Origin: an uncultured bacterium
Lineage (GTDB): Bacteria > CSSED10-310
Length of the DNA stretch: 64,000 nucleotides
Direction: 5' to 3'
Assembly (NCBI GenBank): GCA_964404285.1
Contig: CAYOJK010000001.1
Coordinates: 83,797 to 147,796 of the forward strand
Part shown: in pieces, positions 36,281-47,414 of the stretch
Numbering within the stretch: the stretch's first letter is position 1
How the letters are laid out: each line of letters starts with the position of its first letter
Translations under genes and position numbers: made by a program
Notes under the pieces: model-generated
Database searches by the model: none
The model's input: only the letters and a program-made list of their open reading frames with translations
Told to the model about the DNA's origin: nothing

Positions 36281-37756
36281 TCATCTTCCCTCTATTTGGG
36301 CTAAAGGAGGAAACTGAAATTCAACGAATTCCGACTGGGTTATGAGATATATGCGTCCGACTTTTTCATCAAGGATAACTCGGGCATTCTTTAGATCACG
36401 GCTCCTCAGGCCTTTGGTAGAAAATTCTCTTTGAATTTTTGCATGAGCAACCGGATTCAAGTCAGAATTCAAGATTAAGAGTAATCTATTTCCTTTTGTT
36501 ATCCCAGATTCCAAATCAGCTTTGAAAGAGTCACCGACACAGAAATAATAGTCTTGGTCATCATCACAAGCGATAGGATCAGACAGGCCATAGTATACTC
36601 TCTTCAATTCTTTTAGGTGTTCGGGTTGGCTTTCAACATCTGATTCTGATTTGTAAAGTACCCCGCCTACCATAACCTGTCTTATATCTCCCCACTTTTT
36701 TAAAAATCCAGAGGATAGAGCAGTACAAGAGATCCTTTTTTCGGCAATAGAACTGCTAGTCTCCTCTAATAGAACACAGAACTTTTCTGAATTTGATCGT
36801 TTTGGTGACTCGCAAAATATGATGCTTTTTCCATCTCTCGACAAATTAATTGAAGACATCATTGATGGATTGGTCTCCGGTTCTGGTTGCCAGAGAATTT
36901 CTCCATCAGAACATCTGATTACTGATAAAATATCAGATGAATCTGCACTCGTTTTAACAAGAAGCCGGGTTCCATCTTCACTGAAGACGGCGAATTCTAT
37001 AGGTGATGTGCCAAAATCCTTTAAAAGTACACCTGATCTTTCATAGAGTGCCTTAGTGGTCAGATTTCTGTTCGGAAGAAAATGTCCGTGAGTCAGAAAA
37101 AGCTGACCACTATTCGAAATAATAAAATATTCAACAGGCTTTATATCGACACGGGTTCCTTGAGACCAGGGAATCCCGGGGAAAGACGGATTGATTTTTG
37201 CTACGTCATTTTTGTTTTGTATTTCCTTTGTGGGCGGTTCCCACAAAATATTGCCTTGATGATCTAATAAAAAAAAGCGTGACTGAATCAATTCGTAACC
37301 GACAAACTGTTGCAATATATTAATGCCGACATATTTGTGGTTTGTGCTCAGTCTGACATCACACACGAATGTCAGTGGATCGCCTTTGTCAGATGTAAAC
37401 CTAAATTCTATTTTCCTATGAGCATGATTATTTTGACTGTAATAAGGATCTAATCTTTCCACTCCTATCATCAGTTCATTCAAATATGAATTGTCGAATG
37501 TCCCTGAATAATCCGGATTGTATCCATCCTTGATTCTCTTTATAAATGCTCTTAGGCATGTCTCGACGGTTGGACTATTCACCTCAATTATCTGTGGCTC
37601 ACTCGTGATTGACACCTCAGAATATTCAACTTTTCTTATTAGCTTCAGTTGATCGTCAAGAAGTAGATTATTTAGTCCTGAAGCAAGTGCGGATAAGCAA
37701 AAGGGTAAGAATATAAGAAAGATCTTAGCTATTATTCTCATGACAATTACCTCCAA
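36281..37756 (-). CDS. hypothetical secreted protein
   Basis: 491-aa ORF with an N-terminal signal peptide (MRIIAKIFLIFLPFCLSALA) and no recognisable catalytic motifs. Confidence 0.5.
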   Translation of the reverse strand: MEVIVMRIIAKIFLIFLPFCLSALASGLNNLLLDDQLKLIRKVEYSEVSITSEPQIIEVNSPTVETCLRAFIKRIKDGYNPDYSGTFDNSYLNELMIGVERLDPYYSQNNHAHRKIEFRFTSDKGDPLTFVCDVRLSTNHKYVGINILQQFVGYELIQSRFFLLDHQGNILWEPPTKEIQNKNDVAKINPSFPGIPWSQGTRVDIKPVEYFIISNSGQLFLTHGHFLPNRNLTTKALYERSGVLLKDFGTSPIEFAVFSEDGTRLLVKTSADSSDILSVIRCSDGEILWQPEPETNPSMMSSINLSRDGKSIIFCESPKRSNSEKFCVLLEETSSSIAEKRISCTALSSGFLKKWGDIRQVMVGGVLYKSESDVESQPEHLKELKRVYYGLSDPIACDDDQDYYFCVGDSFKADLESGITKGNRLLLILNSDLNPVAHAKIQREFSTKGLRSRDLKNARVILDEKVGRIYLITQSEFVEFQFPPLAQIEGR

Positions 37757-38012
37757 AGGAATATGCCATCAAAGTGATCAACACCTTATACATCCGATTA
37801 TCTAATTACTAATCTGCCAATTCAAATAGCTCCTTATGTTAGGATGATTCAACAGCTCTTTTTCTTGTAGCAAAGACTATTTTTCTTTTGGATTATTTTG
37901 TGAAATTCGGGTCGGATTGACCAATCACCCAAAATCCTCCATAATACAAGCATTGCTGCCTTTGCAAAGGCTTATGTTTGTTAGTTTGCACTCATTAACA
38001 CAGGCAAGGACT

Positions 38013-38630
38013 ATGGATACAAAAATTGCAGTTTTCAAAGGGAAGAAAGTCCGGAAAACCATTCACAATAATGAATGGTGGTTTTCGGTAGTTGATGTAT
38101 GTTCAATTTTAACAGAGAGCGCCGATCCAGGCGCTTATTGGCGCAAGTTAAAACAACGACTGAAAGAAGAAGGAAGTGAAGTCGTGACATTTTGTCACGG
38201 GTTGAAATTAGAAGCTCCGGACGGAAAGATGAGAAGCGCCGATTGCGCAAATACAGAGCTTCTCTTCCGTGTAATCCAATCAATCCCGTCACCCAAGGCA
38301 GAACCATTCAAACGATGGCTCGCAAAAGTCGGATACGAACTGGTTCAGGAAATCGAAGATCCAGAGTTGGCGACAAAGCGCACCCGGGCTTTATATAAAG
38401 CCAAGGGATATAGTGACAACTGGATCGAAAAGCGGATGCGCGGAATCGCAATCCGGGATGAACTCACCGATGAATGGCAGAAGCGTGGTGTCAGGGAAGC
38501 GTCCGAATACGCGATACTGACAGCGGAGATATCCAAGGCGGCATTCGACATGACGCCATCGGAATATAAAAAGCACAAGAATCTGAACGGGAAAATCGAT
38601 GGGATCATTCATGCCCGTATTGGATTATAA
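38013..38630 (+). CDS. Bro-N domain protein (phage BRO/antirepressor-like N-terminal domain)
   Basis: The ATG at 38013 gives MDTKIAVFKGKKVRKTIHNNEWWFSVVDVCSILTES..., a typical Bro-N domain pattern. The six-frame ORF starts at 37917, upstream of this ATG. Confidence 0.65.
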   Translation: MDTKIAVFKGKKVRKTIHNNEWWFSVVDVCSILTESADPGAYWRKLKQRLKEEGSEVVTFCHGLKLEAPDGKMRSADCANTELLFRVIQSIPSPKAEPFKRWLAKVGYELVQEIEDPELATKRTRALYKAKGYSDNWIEKRMRGIAIRDELTDEWQKRGVREASEYAILTAEISKAAFDMTPSEYKKHKNLNGKIDGIIHARIGL

Positions 38631-39003
38631 GGGAGTGTCCTACGGTTTTTTTGTGCTTAGGACATACGGCGCGATCGAGATACAGTTTTAGCATTTAAAA
38701 CAAAAGCCACCATTCGATCATATCGACATGCGCAATCTGTTGCGCAGTAAGTTAAACGAAATTAAGAATGTTGATATCCCAGAAGACGGTATTGAAAGAA
38801 GACCTAGTTATAAAGTCTCCATGATAACGAAAGAATCACAGTTTAATACGTTTATCTCGGCAATGAACTGGGCAGTTTCGCAGATAAAAAATCAATCTTC
38901 ATATCACACCAGATAGTTTGTCTAAAAAAGCCTTATCAACCAGTTCTTTCATTTATGCTGAAAAATGGGTACTATTAGCAGTAAGAAAATGTGAGGATTG
39001 TTT

Positions 39004-42000
39004 ATGAATACACAAGAAAACGATGCCAATACCTCTGGATTAAATGTTTTAAAACCAAGAAAAGCTCTAAACAAAGCATTTCTAAAAGTTAAACCCAAGA
39101 GGATAGAATTTGAATATTTTAAGAATAATCTTATCCAGTTACTTGACAGGATCAATGAAACAGAATCAGAAGAGTTTCACAAAAATCTAGTCATCGATTT
39201 TTTTAAAAAAACTTATTATGAACCGAATCATTTTATCAATACCAAAGGACGAACAGACCTTGTAATACACAACGGAGACAAAGCGAATAGTTCAGTAGGT
39301 GTAGTTATCGAAACCAAAAAGCCTACGAACCGAAGTGAAATAGTAACCACTTCGAATCTCAATACAAAGGCATTTCATGAACTGGTGCTTTACTATTTGC
39401 GCGAACGAATCACCGAAAATAATCTAGAAGTAAAACATCTGATAATCACAAATATCAATGAATGGTTTATTTTTGATGCGACAACATTTGACAGAATGTT
39501 TGCACAAAACAAACACTTTGTAAAACAATTCAACGATTTTGAGAGCGGGCGTTTGGCAGACATTAAAACCGACTTCTTCTACAGACAAATTGCTGACCCA
39601 TTTATTGCAAACTTTAAAAATGTAATTGAATTTACATATTTCAACATTCAGGATTACCAACAATTTCTTCGAAATGGAAATAAAGCTGATGACAACAAAC
39701 TGATAGCTCTTTTAAAAATCTTATCACCTGAACACCTTTTAAAGCTTCCATTTGCCAATGATAGTAACAGCCTTGATAAAAGTTTTTACAGCGAACTGCT
39801 GCATATTATCGGTTTGACAGAGGTTAAAGAAAAGAGCAAAAGACTTATTCAAAGAAGCAAGGAAGGTGAACGAAATTCTGGCAGTATTTTGGAAGATGCT
39901 ATTGTACAAATTGATAGCCTGGATAAAATATCACGATTGGACCAGCCAGAAAAATACGGAAAAACTAAAGAAGAACAGTTTTTCAATGTTGCGCTAGAGC
40001 TTACCATTACTTGGATAAACAGAATATTGTTTTTAAAATTATTGGAAGCGCAATTACTTACCTACCACAAAGGTGATGAATCATATTCGTTTCTAAAAAT
40101 TGAAAGAGTTAAAAATTATGATGACTTAAACAGTCTGTTTTTCCAGGTGTTGGCTAAAAAACATGACGAACGTAATGCAAATGTTAGAAGAATGTTTGAG
40201 AAAATCCCTTACCTGAATTCCTCGCTTTTCGAGATGACAGAATTAGAACATATATGCTTCTCGATTACCCAGTTGAATAACAATTCTGAAATGCCAATCT
40301 ATCAACAGACTGTTTTAAAAACAGACACGGGTAAAAAGCGTAGTGGTGTAATCCCAACGCTGGAATATCTATTTGAATTCCTAAGCGCTTATGATTTTAG
40401 TAGTGAAGGATCAGAGGAAATACAGGAAGAAAACAAAACGCTTATAAATGCATCTGTTTTAGGATTGATATTCGAAAAAATTAACGGTTATAAAGATGGT
40501 TCATTTTTTACGCCTGGCTTTATTACCATGTACATGAGCCGTGAAACTATACGCAAAGCGGTTGTTCAGAAGTTTAATGAAGTAAAGAACTGGAATTGTG
40601 AAAACCTTACAGACCTTTATGACAAAATTGATAGCCGAGATGAAGCTAATGAGATAGTCAATAGTCTTAGAATTTGCGATCCAGCAGTTGGATCAGGGCA
40701 TTTTCTGGTATCAGCTCTGAATGAAATCCTTGCTGTTAAAAACGATCTTAAAATCCTGCAAGATCGTCAAGGCAGGCGCCTGAAGGAATATCAGGTTGAA
40801 GTTGAAAACGATGAGCTTATCGTAACGGACGAAGAAGGTGAGTTGTTTGAATACAAACCGAATAATAAAGAGAGTCAACGAGTTCAAGAAACACTGTTTC
40901 ATGAAAAGCAGACAATTATAGAAAACTGTCTTTTTGGGGTAGATATAAATCCTAACTCGGTAAAAATATGCCGTTTGCGATTATGGATCGAGCTTTTAAA
41001 AAATGCTTATTACAAAACCAATAACGAGCTTGAAACACTTCCCAATATCGATATCAACATAAAAACTGGAAACTCTCTCATAAATCGATTTAGCCTAGAT
41101 TCAGATATTAAAAAGGCATTAGGAAACAGCAAATGGACTATTGATGGTTATAAGGTTGCAGTATCGGCCTATCGCAATGCCCAGAACAGAGAACACAAAA
41201 AAGATATGTTACGAATTATTGATGATATTAAAAAAGATTTTCGGATGGAGTGTACTTTCAATGACCCCAAGAAGAAGAAACTAAGAAACTTGGGAGGTGA
41301 TTTATACACCCTGACAAAACAAAAAAGTATCTTTGAATTCACACCACAGGAAAAGAAGGAATGGGAAAACAAGGTTAAGAAAATTACAAACGAGATTGAA
41401 AAGCTTGAAAAAGAGATAGAAGAATTAGAAACAAGTAAAATTTTTGATAATGCATTTGAATGGCGTTTTGAATTTCCAGAAGCGCTGAATGATGACGGTG
41501 ATTTTGTGGGATTTGATGTGGTGATTGGTAATCCGCCATATATTCAATTGCAAAGCAATGGTGGACAACTGGCGAATCTGTATAAAAACCAGAATTATGA
41601 GACCTTTGACCGCAGCAGCGATATTTATAGCCTATTTTACGAAAAAGGCATAAACTTGTTGAAACCAAAAGGGCATTTGACTTTTATAACGTCTAACAAA
41701 TGGATGCGTGCCGCATACGGTAAAAGCACTCGAGAGTTCTTTTGCAAACATAAACCCGTCACGTTAATCGATTTGGGAAGTGATGTTTTTGAATCGGCTA
41801 CGGTGGATACCAATATACTGATTATGCAAAAAACAGATGAAAAAACACCTACCTGTTCCGTGAATGCTCTGGATATTTCAAAAGAGAAAGAAATAATCAG
41901 TTTTGATCGATTTGAAGACCAATGGATAGTTCTACAAAATCTGACTGAAGAGAGTTGGACAATAGTATCACCCTCAGAACAACGGATTATAGAAAAAATC

Positions 42001-42804
42001 GAACGCGCAGGTAAGCCATTGAAAGAATGGGACGTGCAGATTAATTATGGTATAAAAACCGGTTATAACAAAGCATTTATAATTGATGGCAAAATAAAGG
42101 AAGAAATTTTAAGCAACTGTCAAGATAAAGTTGAGCGTGAACGAACAAAAGTGATTCTTAAGCCGGTTTTGAGAGGCCGAGATATTAAACGATATAAGGC
42201 GGAATATAAGGATTTATGGTTGATAAACACTCACAACGGTGTGAGAGGAAAAATTCCACGGATAAATGTAAAAAAAGACTATCCTGCTGTTTATAGACAC
42301 TTAAAACAATATGAAGCAGAGCTTAAAAAAAGACAAGACAAAGGCGATCATTGGTCGAATCTTAGAAATTGTGCGTATCTCGAGGATTTTGAGAAAGAGA
42401 AGATTATTTATCCAGTAATCTCAGATACCACTAAATGTTTTTCTTATGTTAAAGAAACAATTTTCTTTAATGATAAATGTTTTATGATAATTGGTGATTC
42501 TCTTAAATATTTAATATCCTTTTTCAACTCAACTCTATTTGAATTCGCTTTTAAAACTCACTTCCCGCCTTTGGGTAGCGAAGGAATAGAATTAAGAAAA
42601 GTATTTTTTGAAAATATTCCTGTTCCAGACATCCCACATTCCCAGCAACAACCCTTCATTTCCCTTGTCGATAAGATCATTTCTGGAAAAGATCGGGGTG
42701 AAGACACATCGGTCTTCGAAAGGCAAATTGACCGGATGGTTTATGATTTATACGGTCTTGCCGATGAGGAGATTAAAATTATTGAAGGAGAAGAACGAGC
42801 ATAA
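39004..42804 (+). CDS. Type IIG/IIL restriction-modification enzyme (MmeI-like: N-terminal PD-(D/E)XK endonuclease + gamma-class N6-adenine methyltransferase + TRD)
   Basis: About 1266 aa. The N-terminus has a D-x-ExK nuclease motif (TDLVIHNGDK...VGVVIETKKP). The central methyltransferase has FFTPGFIT (SAM motif I-like), CDPAVGSGHFL and the catalytic VVIGNPPYIQLQ (NPPY), and there is a long C-terminal target-recognition region. The gene is very AT-rich. The ATG at 39004 follows a GTGAGGA RBS. Confidence 0.8.
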   Translation: MNTQENDANTSGLNVLKPRKALNKAFLKVKPKRIEFEYFKNNLIQLLDRINETESEEFHKNLVIDFFKKTYYEPNHFINTKGRTDLVIHNGDKANSSVGVVIETKKPTNRSEIVTTSNLNTKAFHELVLYYLRERITENNLEVKHLIITNINEWFIFDATTFDRMFAQNKHFVKQFNDFESGRLADIKTDFFYRQIADPFIANFKNVIEFTYFNIQDYQQFLRNGNKADDNKLIALLKILSPEHLLKLPFANDSNSLDKSFYSELLHIIGLTEVKEKSKRLIQRSKEGERNSGSILEDAIVQIDSLDKISRLDQPEKYGKTKEEQFFNVALELTITWINRILFLKLLEAQLLTYHKGDESYSFLKIERVKNYDDLNSLFFQVLAKKHDERNANVRRMFEKIPYLNSSLFEMTELEHICFSITQLNNNSEMPIYQQTVLKTDTGKKRSGVIPTLEYLFEFLSAYDFSSEGSEEIQEENKTLINASVLGLIFEKINGYKDGSFFTPGFITMYMSRETIRKAVVQKFNEVKNWNCENLTDLYDKIDSRDEANEIVNSLRICDPAVGSGHFLVSALNEILAVKNDLKILQDRQGRRLKEYQVEVENDELIVTDEEGELFEYKPNNKESQRVQETLFHEKQTIIENCLFGVDINPNSVKICRLRLWIELLKNAYYKTNNELETLPNIDINIKTGNSLINRFSLDSDIKKALGNSKWTIDGYKVAVSAYRNAQNREHKKDMLRIIDDIKKDFRMECTFNDPKKKKLRNLGGDLYTLTKQKSIFEFTPQEKKEWENKVKKITNEIEKLEKEIEELETSKIFDNAFEWRFEFPEALNDDGDFVGFDVVIGNPPYIQLQSNGGQLANLYKNQNYETFDRSSDIYSLFYEKGINLLKPKGHLTFITSNKWMRAAYGKSTREFFCKHKPVTLIDLGSDVFESATVDTNILIMQKTDEKTPTCSVNALDISKEKEIISFDRFEDQWIVLQNLTEESWTIVSPSEQRIIEKIERAGKPLKEWDVQINYGIKTGYNKAFIIDGKIKEEILSNCQDKVERERTKVILKPVLRGRDIKRYKAEYKDLWLINTHNGVRGKIPRINVKKDYPAVYRHLKQYEAELKKRQDKGDHWSNLRNCAYLEDFEKEKIIYPVISDTTKCFSYVKETIFFNDKCFMIIGDSLKYLISFFNSTLFEFAFKTHFPPLGSEGIELRKVFFENIPVPDIPHSQQQPFISLVDKIISGKDRGEDTSVFERQIDRMVYDLYGLADEEIKIIEGEERA

Positions 42805-43607
42805 ATAGTCCTGACTGGATTATGCTTTTCAATGTGAAGAAAATTTCTTGCACTGCTGGAACGCAGGACACGCTGAGTTTAAAGAATCTGCGAGACAAAA
42901 AATTGAATACGAAATGCGGTGCTTCACACTTTGAAGAATTCGAAGACGTTGAGTACTAGCATGTGACAAAGGTCGCTGATTTAAATTGATTTTACTCATA
43001 CCGCATATGAAGACCATGGAACGTTTACATACAGCTGATTTTCTAGAAAGTGAGGAATTAAAAATTGGCCAGTTACGAGCATAAAAAGTTATTAGAATAT
43101 ATCGTACGCCTGGACAAAGTCCCAGAGGATTCCAGACGGATTGAGTCAAACCTTTGAGACGCCCGCGGCGTTCATTTAAGGACTGACTCTTTGTCTGTAG
43201 TCAAGGTTTTCCGTGTTATTGATCCCGGCTATTTTCCATCGCATCCTTTCTATCCTCGCTCTCAAAGTTTACTACGCTAATCTTTTATAGGCTAGGTGTC
43301 TCATTCATATTGACACAGAGGGTCCTTTATAGTTTTACGGTACTGTAACCATGAGTAGCTGAAAGTGTTTCACTCATGCACATGCAATTCTTAATTTCAA
43401 CGATATTTAGTCTCACAAATCGCTGGTCATGTCAAGAACTTATTGACACCTGCCCCGTTTATTAAAAATCTGATTTTTTTGCTGTCACCAGGCCTCCTTG
43501 CATCTGCGATCCAAGCTGTTACCGAATATTTTTACCCATGCTCCAAATTATCGCCAATAATTTGACCTTTGCTCCAAATTATCGTATAAAAAACCGAGGT
43601 GATGACT

Positions 43608-44747
43608 ATGATTGAAAGAATTCTGAAAATCGATCTTCCCATGGACCGTTCGGCTTTCCTGTGGGGACCGCGAAAAACCGGTAAAACAACGTTGCTGAAA
43701 CATCAGTTTCCGGAAGCTTTGTTCCTGGATCTACTGAATTATGACCTCTACCTTGCGCTGAGTAGAGAGCCGATGCAATTGCGTCGAATGCTGGACGCTG
43801 AACAAAACCACACCGTCATTATCGATGAAGTGCAAAAAGCGCCTCATCTAATGGACGAAATTCATTGGCTGATTGAAAATCGACCTTATCGATTTATACT
43901 TTCCGGTTCCAGCGCACGGAAATTCAGGCGTGGTCAGGTGAATTTGTTGGGAGGTCGAGCTTGGCGATATGAACTGTATCCTCTTGTTTCTGCTGAATTG
44001 GGGTCATTCGACCTCGAGAAAACACTGTTATCCGGATTTCTTCCATCGCATTATCTGTCTTCTAATAGTCTTATGGACTTGAAGGCATACGTACACGACT
44101 ATTTGAAAGAAGAAATACAGGCTGAGGCGTTGACACGGAACCTTCCGGCATTTTCCAGATTTCTGCAGTCCGCCGCCCTGACCAGCGGCATGCTGTTGAA
44201 TTATTCTAATGCTGCCCGCGATTCTGGTGTTTCGGTCAAAACAATCCGCGAATACTATCAGATTCTTGAGGACACATTGATCGGACGATTACTGGAGCCC
44301 TGGAAACGATCCAAATCCCGCCGTTTGATAGAAACATCGAAATTTTATTTTTTTGATACCGGAATAATTGCAACCTTGCTCGATTACCGTACTTTGAATC
44401 CCGGCACTAGGGAATTCGGTCGCATCTTCGAACATTTTATCATTCAAGAATGTTTTGCCTATAGACATTACAGCCGAAAGGATTTTCCGATATCGTTCTG
44501 GCGAACGGCAAATGGATCCGAGGTTGATCTGATATTGGGTGATGCACAAGTTGCCCTCGAGATAAAATCCGGTAAACAAGCAAGCAGTTTGAAACCCAAC
44601 GGGTTACACCTTTTTGGTCAGGAATATAAGCCGGCTAAAAAAATTATCGTCTCACGGGATCCATTTCCGCAAAAACTATTATCCGGCATTACCCTATTGC
44701 CATGGCAAAATTTCTGTGAACAGCTTTGGAGCGGAGACCTGATATAA
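43608..44747 (+). CDS. AAA+ ATPase, DUF4143 family
   Basis: The ORF has Walker A GPRKTGKTT and Walker B VIIDEVQK, with a C-terminal DUF4143-like region. A GAGGTG RBS sits 6 nt upstream of the ATG at 43608. Confidence 0.75.
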   Translation: MIERILKIDLPMDRSAFLWGPRKTGKTTLLKHQFPEALFLDLLNYDLYLALSREPMQLRRMLDAEQNHTVIIDEVQKAPHLMDEIHWLIENRPYRFILSGSSARKFRRGQVNLLGGRAWRYELYPLVSAELGSFDLEKTLLSGFLPSHYLSSNSLMDLKAYVHDYLKEEIQAEALTRNLPAFSRFLQSAALTSGMLLNYSNAARDSGVSVKTIREYYQILEDTLIGRLLEPWKRSKSRRLIETSKFYFFDTGIIATLLDYRTLNPGTREFGRIFEHFIIQECFAYRHYSRKDFPISFWRTANGSEVDLILGDAQVALEIKSGKQASSLKPNGLHLFGQEYKPAKKIIVSRDPFPQKLLSGITLLPWQNFCEQLWSGDLI

Positions 44748-44871
44748 CACTATTACGCATCGAAACGAGTGTTCTTCGTTGCCGAAGCGTCTGAATCACA
44801 CCAGCTTGTCCGATACCGAAGAATGCGCTATAAATACGCTGTTATTTTTAGGATGCTAGCGAGGGGGCGCT

Positions 44872-45555
44872 ATGAATTCACATCGAAAAATCATGCAGGA
44901 AGAATGGAAAGACAACACGCATCGATACACTGATCCAATCGGCATGACCGGCAGGCGCCCTGATCAAAAAGAGTTTTCTGCTACTGTGGAAGATATCCGT
45001 TCCAAATTCGATCTCTCCAACTGTCCCCATAATCGCATCCTGGATGTCGGGTGTAACAACGGTTACCTGTTGAGTCGTTTGAATCCGAATGCCAAACACC
45101 TTATCGCTATCGATTTCTGCTTAACACCTCTTCGTAGCGGCAAAGCCAAGTTTGAAGCGATTGACTTCATTCAAGGCGATATAAGTAATCTTCCTTTCAA
45201 AAAAGATAGTTTTGATAGAGTGCTCTGCTATAATATGTTTCATTATTTACCGACTCAAAAGCATGCCCGGGATGCAACGACCGAACTGTTTAGAGTGCTT
45301 GCTCCGAGAGGCATTCTGTTAATTGGGGACATTTTTGTAGAAGAGTGTAAACATCTGATCCCAATCGATGATATAAAGCGATGGGACGATCCAGAAAGGC
45401 CTTTTATGCACCGAATCAGTAACTGGCTGTTTGTTTCACTCAAAGATCTTCAACACCATCTTTTAACCTTGGGAGCAGAAACGGTTGAAATTCATGGCCA
45501 GAAGCAGGATGTCAGATGTTCCGGATACCGGTTTGATCTGATCGTGAAAAAATAA
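44872..45555 (+). CDS. class I SAM-dependent methyltransferase
   Basis: 227-aa ORF with motif I ILDVGCNNGYL and the post-I/II acidic residues typical of Methyltransf_11/25. Confidence 0.8.
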   Translation: MNSHRKIMQEEWKDNTHRYTDPIGMTGRRPDQKEFSATVEDIRSKFDLSNCPHNRILDVGCNNGYLLSRLNPNAKHLIAIDFCLTPLRSGKAKFEAIDFIQGDISNLPFKKDSFDRVLCYNMFHYLPTQKHARDATTELFRVLAPRGILLIGDIFVEECKHLIPIDDIKRWDDPERPFMHRISNWLFVSLKDLQHHLLTLGAETVEIHGQKQDVRCSGYRFDLIVKK

Positions 45556-45558
45556 AGG

Positions 45559-46293
45559 GTGAAAATGCGAGGAACGATTTTACAACCTGGTTACCTGCCT
45601 TGGCTCGGGTTTTTCAACCAGATGGCTCTGTCGGATGTTTTTGTTTTCTATGACGATGTTCAATACGACAAACGAGGATGGCGAAACAGGAACCGGATAA
45701 AAGGCATTTCAGGCCCTATCTGGCTGACCGTGCCGGTTATCACCAAGGGTTGCTTTGAACAAGAATTGCGCCATACACAGATTGACAATTCTCAAAACTG
45801 GGCCAGAAAACACATCGAGGCGATCCGCTTCAATTATCGAAAGGCTCCGTTTTTCAACGATTTTTTTCCAGAAATAGACTCTATTCTTAACACTCATTAC
45901 GACAATCTGACGGCTCTGGACCTTGCATTGATCGACTTGCATGTGCGTTGGCTGCAAATCGATACGGTCAAAACGATGCGCTCATCAGATCTATCGATCG
46001 AATCGACGGATAAAACCGGTCGGTTGGTAGAAATCTGTCTTAAACTGGGCATCACCGATTATATCAGCGGACCGTTGTGCAGAAACTACTTGGACATAAA
46101 TCAGTTTCACCAAGCGGGTTTACGCGTGCTTTTACATGAATATGATCATCCGGAGTATTCTCAACTGCACGGGGAGTTTGTTCCCTATATGGCAACCGTG
46201 GATTTGATGTTCAATGAAGGTGATCGCGCTTTGGAGATTTTGAAGCAGGAATCAGCGCTTGTTGAATACTTCGGTGAGTCCTCAACTGATTGA
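45559..46293 (+). CDS. WbqC-family protein (LPS/O-antigen-associated)
   Basis: 244-aa ORF starting [49 protein letters not shown], characteristic of the WbqC-like family. Confidence 0.75.
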   Translation: MKMRGTILQPGYLPWLGFFNQMALSDVFVFYDDVQYDKRGWRNRNRIKGISGPIWLTVPVITKGCFEQELRHTQIDNSQNWARKHIEAIRFNYRKAPFFNDFFPEIDSILNTHYDNLTALDLALIDLHVRWLQIDTVKTMRSSDLSIESTDKTGRLVEICLKLGITDYISGPLCRNYLDINQFHQAGLRVLLHEYDHPEYSQLHGEFVPYMATVDLMFNEGDRALEILKQESALVEYFGESSTD

Positions 46294-47397
46294 GTCTTTG
46301 ATTTTTTCGAACAGCGATTTTTTTCTACCCGGCAGGACGGGAGTGCCTTCTATTTTGGCCAGTTCTTCAAGTAATCGCCGTTGTTCCGGGTCAAGTCGTG
46401 TCGGCGTGACAACGATGACTTTGACATAAAAGTCACCGGGGTAACCGCTTTGGACATTTTTGACGCCTTTCCCCTTCAGAACAAAACTTTTGCCGGTTTG
46501 GGTGCCCGCTGGTATTTTGAGTGTATCTTCCCCATCCAACAAGTCGATTGTAACATGACTTCCCAGGGCAGCCTGAGCAAATGAAATCGGATATTCAAGC
46601 AAGATATCGTCACCATGGCGCTGAAAAACCTCGTGGTCTTTTACCCTGATAACGATGTACAAATCACCTGGCGGACCACCAAAGCTACCCGGTTCACCTT
46701 CACCACGAAGTCGAATTCGAGATCCGCTATCGACGCCTGGAGGAATTTTGACGGTAAGAGTTTTTCGTTTCTCGACTTTTCCAAATCCTCTACAGTTTTT
46801 GCAGGGGTTTTGAATAAATTGGCCTGAACCACGACATTGTGGACATGGCGTTGCAATCGTGAAGAAGCCTTGTGAACGGCGCACCTGCCCACTACCACCA
46901 CATTGCGGACAAAGGGTTGGGCTTGATCCCGGTTCTGCACCGATTCCGGAACACGTTTCGCAGGCTGCCAACTTTTCAACATCAATTTGTTTTTCAATGC
47001 CCTTAACCGCATCCATGAATTCGATCGCCAAATCATACCGCAAGTCGTCTCCAGCCGTTGCTCTGGTTCGTGATCGTCTTCCGGAACCAAAAATATCACC
47101 GAAAATATCGCCAAAAGATTCAAAAATTTCGTCAAACCCCGAGTATGATTGAAACCCGCCCCCATTGAGTCCTTGATGTCCAAACTGGTCATATCTTTGC
47201 CGCTTCACAGGGTCAGACAATACCTGATAGGCCTCGGAAATTTCCTTGAATTTATCCTCTGCTTCACTATCACCATGATTTCTATCCGGGTGATATTTCA
47301 AGGCGAGTTTTCGGTATTTTTGCTTGATGGCTTGTTGATCGGCATTTCGATCGACACCCAGTATTTCATAGTAATCACGTTTGTTGCGGGTCGCCAT
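46282..47397 (-). CDS. dnaJ: molecular chaperone DnaJ (type I, with CxxCxGxG zinc finger)
   Basis: 371-aa ORF with an N-terminal J domain (YYEILGV...HPDRN), four CxxCxGxG repeats and C-terminal substrate-binding domains. Confidence 0.92.
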   Translation of the reverse strand: MATRNKRDYYEILGVDRNADQQAIKQKYRKLALKYHPDRNHGDSEAEDKFKEISEAYQVLSDPVKRQRYDQFGHQGLNGGGFQSYSGFDEIFESFGDIFGDIFGSGRRSRTRATAGDDLRYDLAIEFMDAVKGIEKQIDVEKLAACETCSGIGAEPGSSPTLCPQCGGSGQVRRSQGFFTIATPCPQCRGSGQFIQNPCKNCRGFGKVEKRKTLTVKIPPGVDSGSRIRLRGEGEPGSFGGPPGDLYIVIRVKDHEVFQRHGDDILLEYPISFAQAALGSHVTIDLLDGEDTLKIPAGTQTGKSFVLKGKGVKNVQSGYPGDFYVKVIVVTPTRLDPEQRRLLEELAKIEGTPVLPGRKKSLFEKIKDSIS

Positions 47398-47414
47398 TTA
47401 CCTTTCTCCAAACA

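Noticed and set aside
38998-42804. The large NPPY methyltransferase gene could be BREX PglX
   Set aside because: No BrxA/B/C, PglZ or BrxL genes are present in the flanking 5 kb on either side. The protein also has an N-terminal PD-(D/E)XK nuclease motif that PglX lacks. A stand-alone Type IIG enzyme is the simpler call.
42829-43149. 106-aa minus-strand ORF in the gap after the R-M gene
   Set aside because: It has no RBS, no motif and atypical composition, so it is more likely non-coding.
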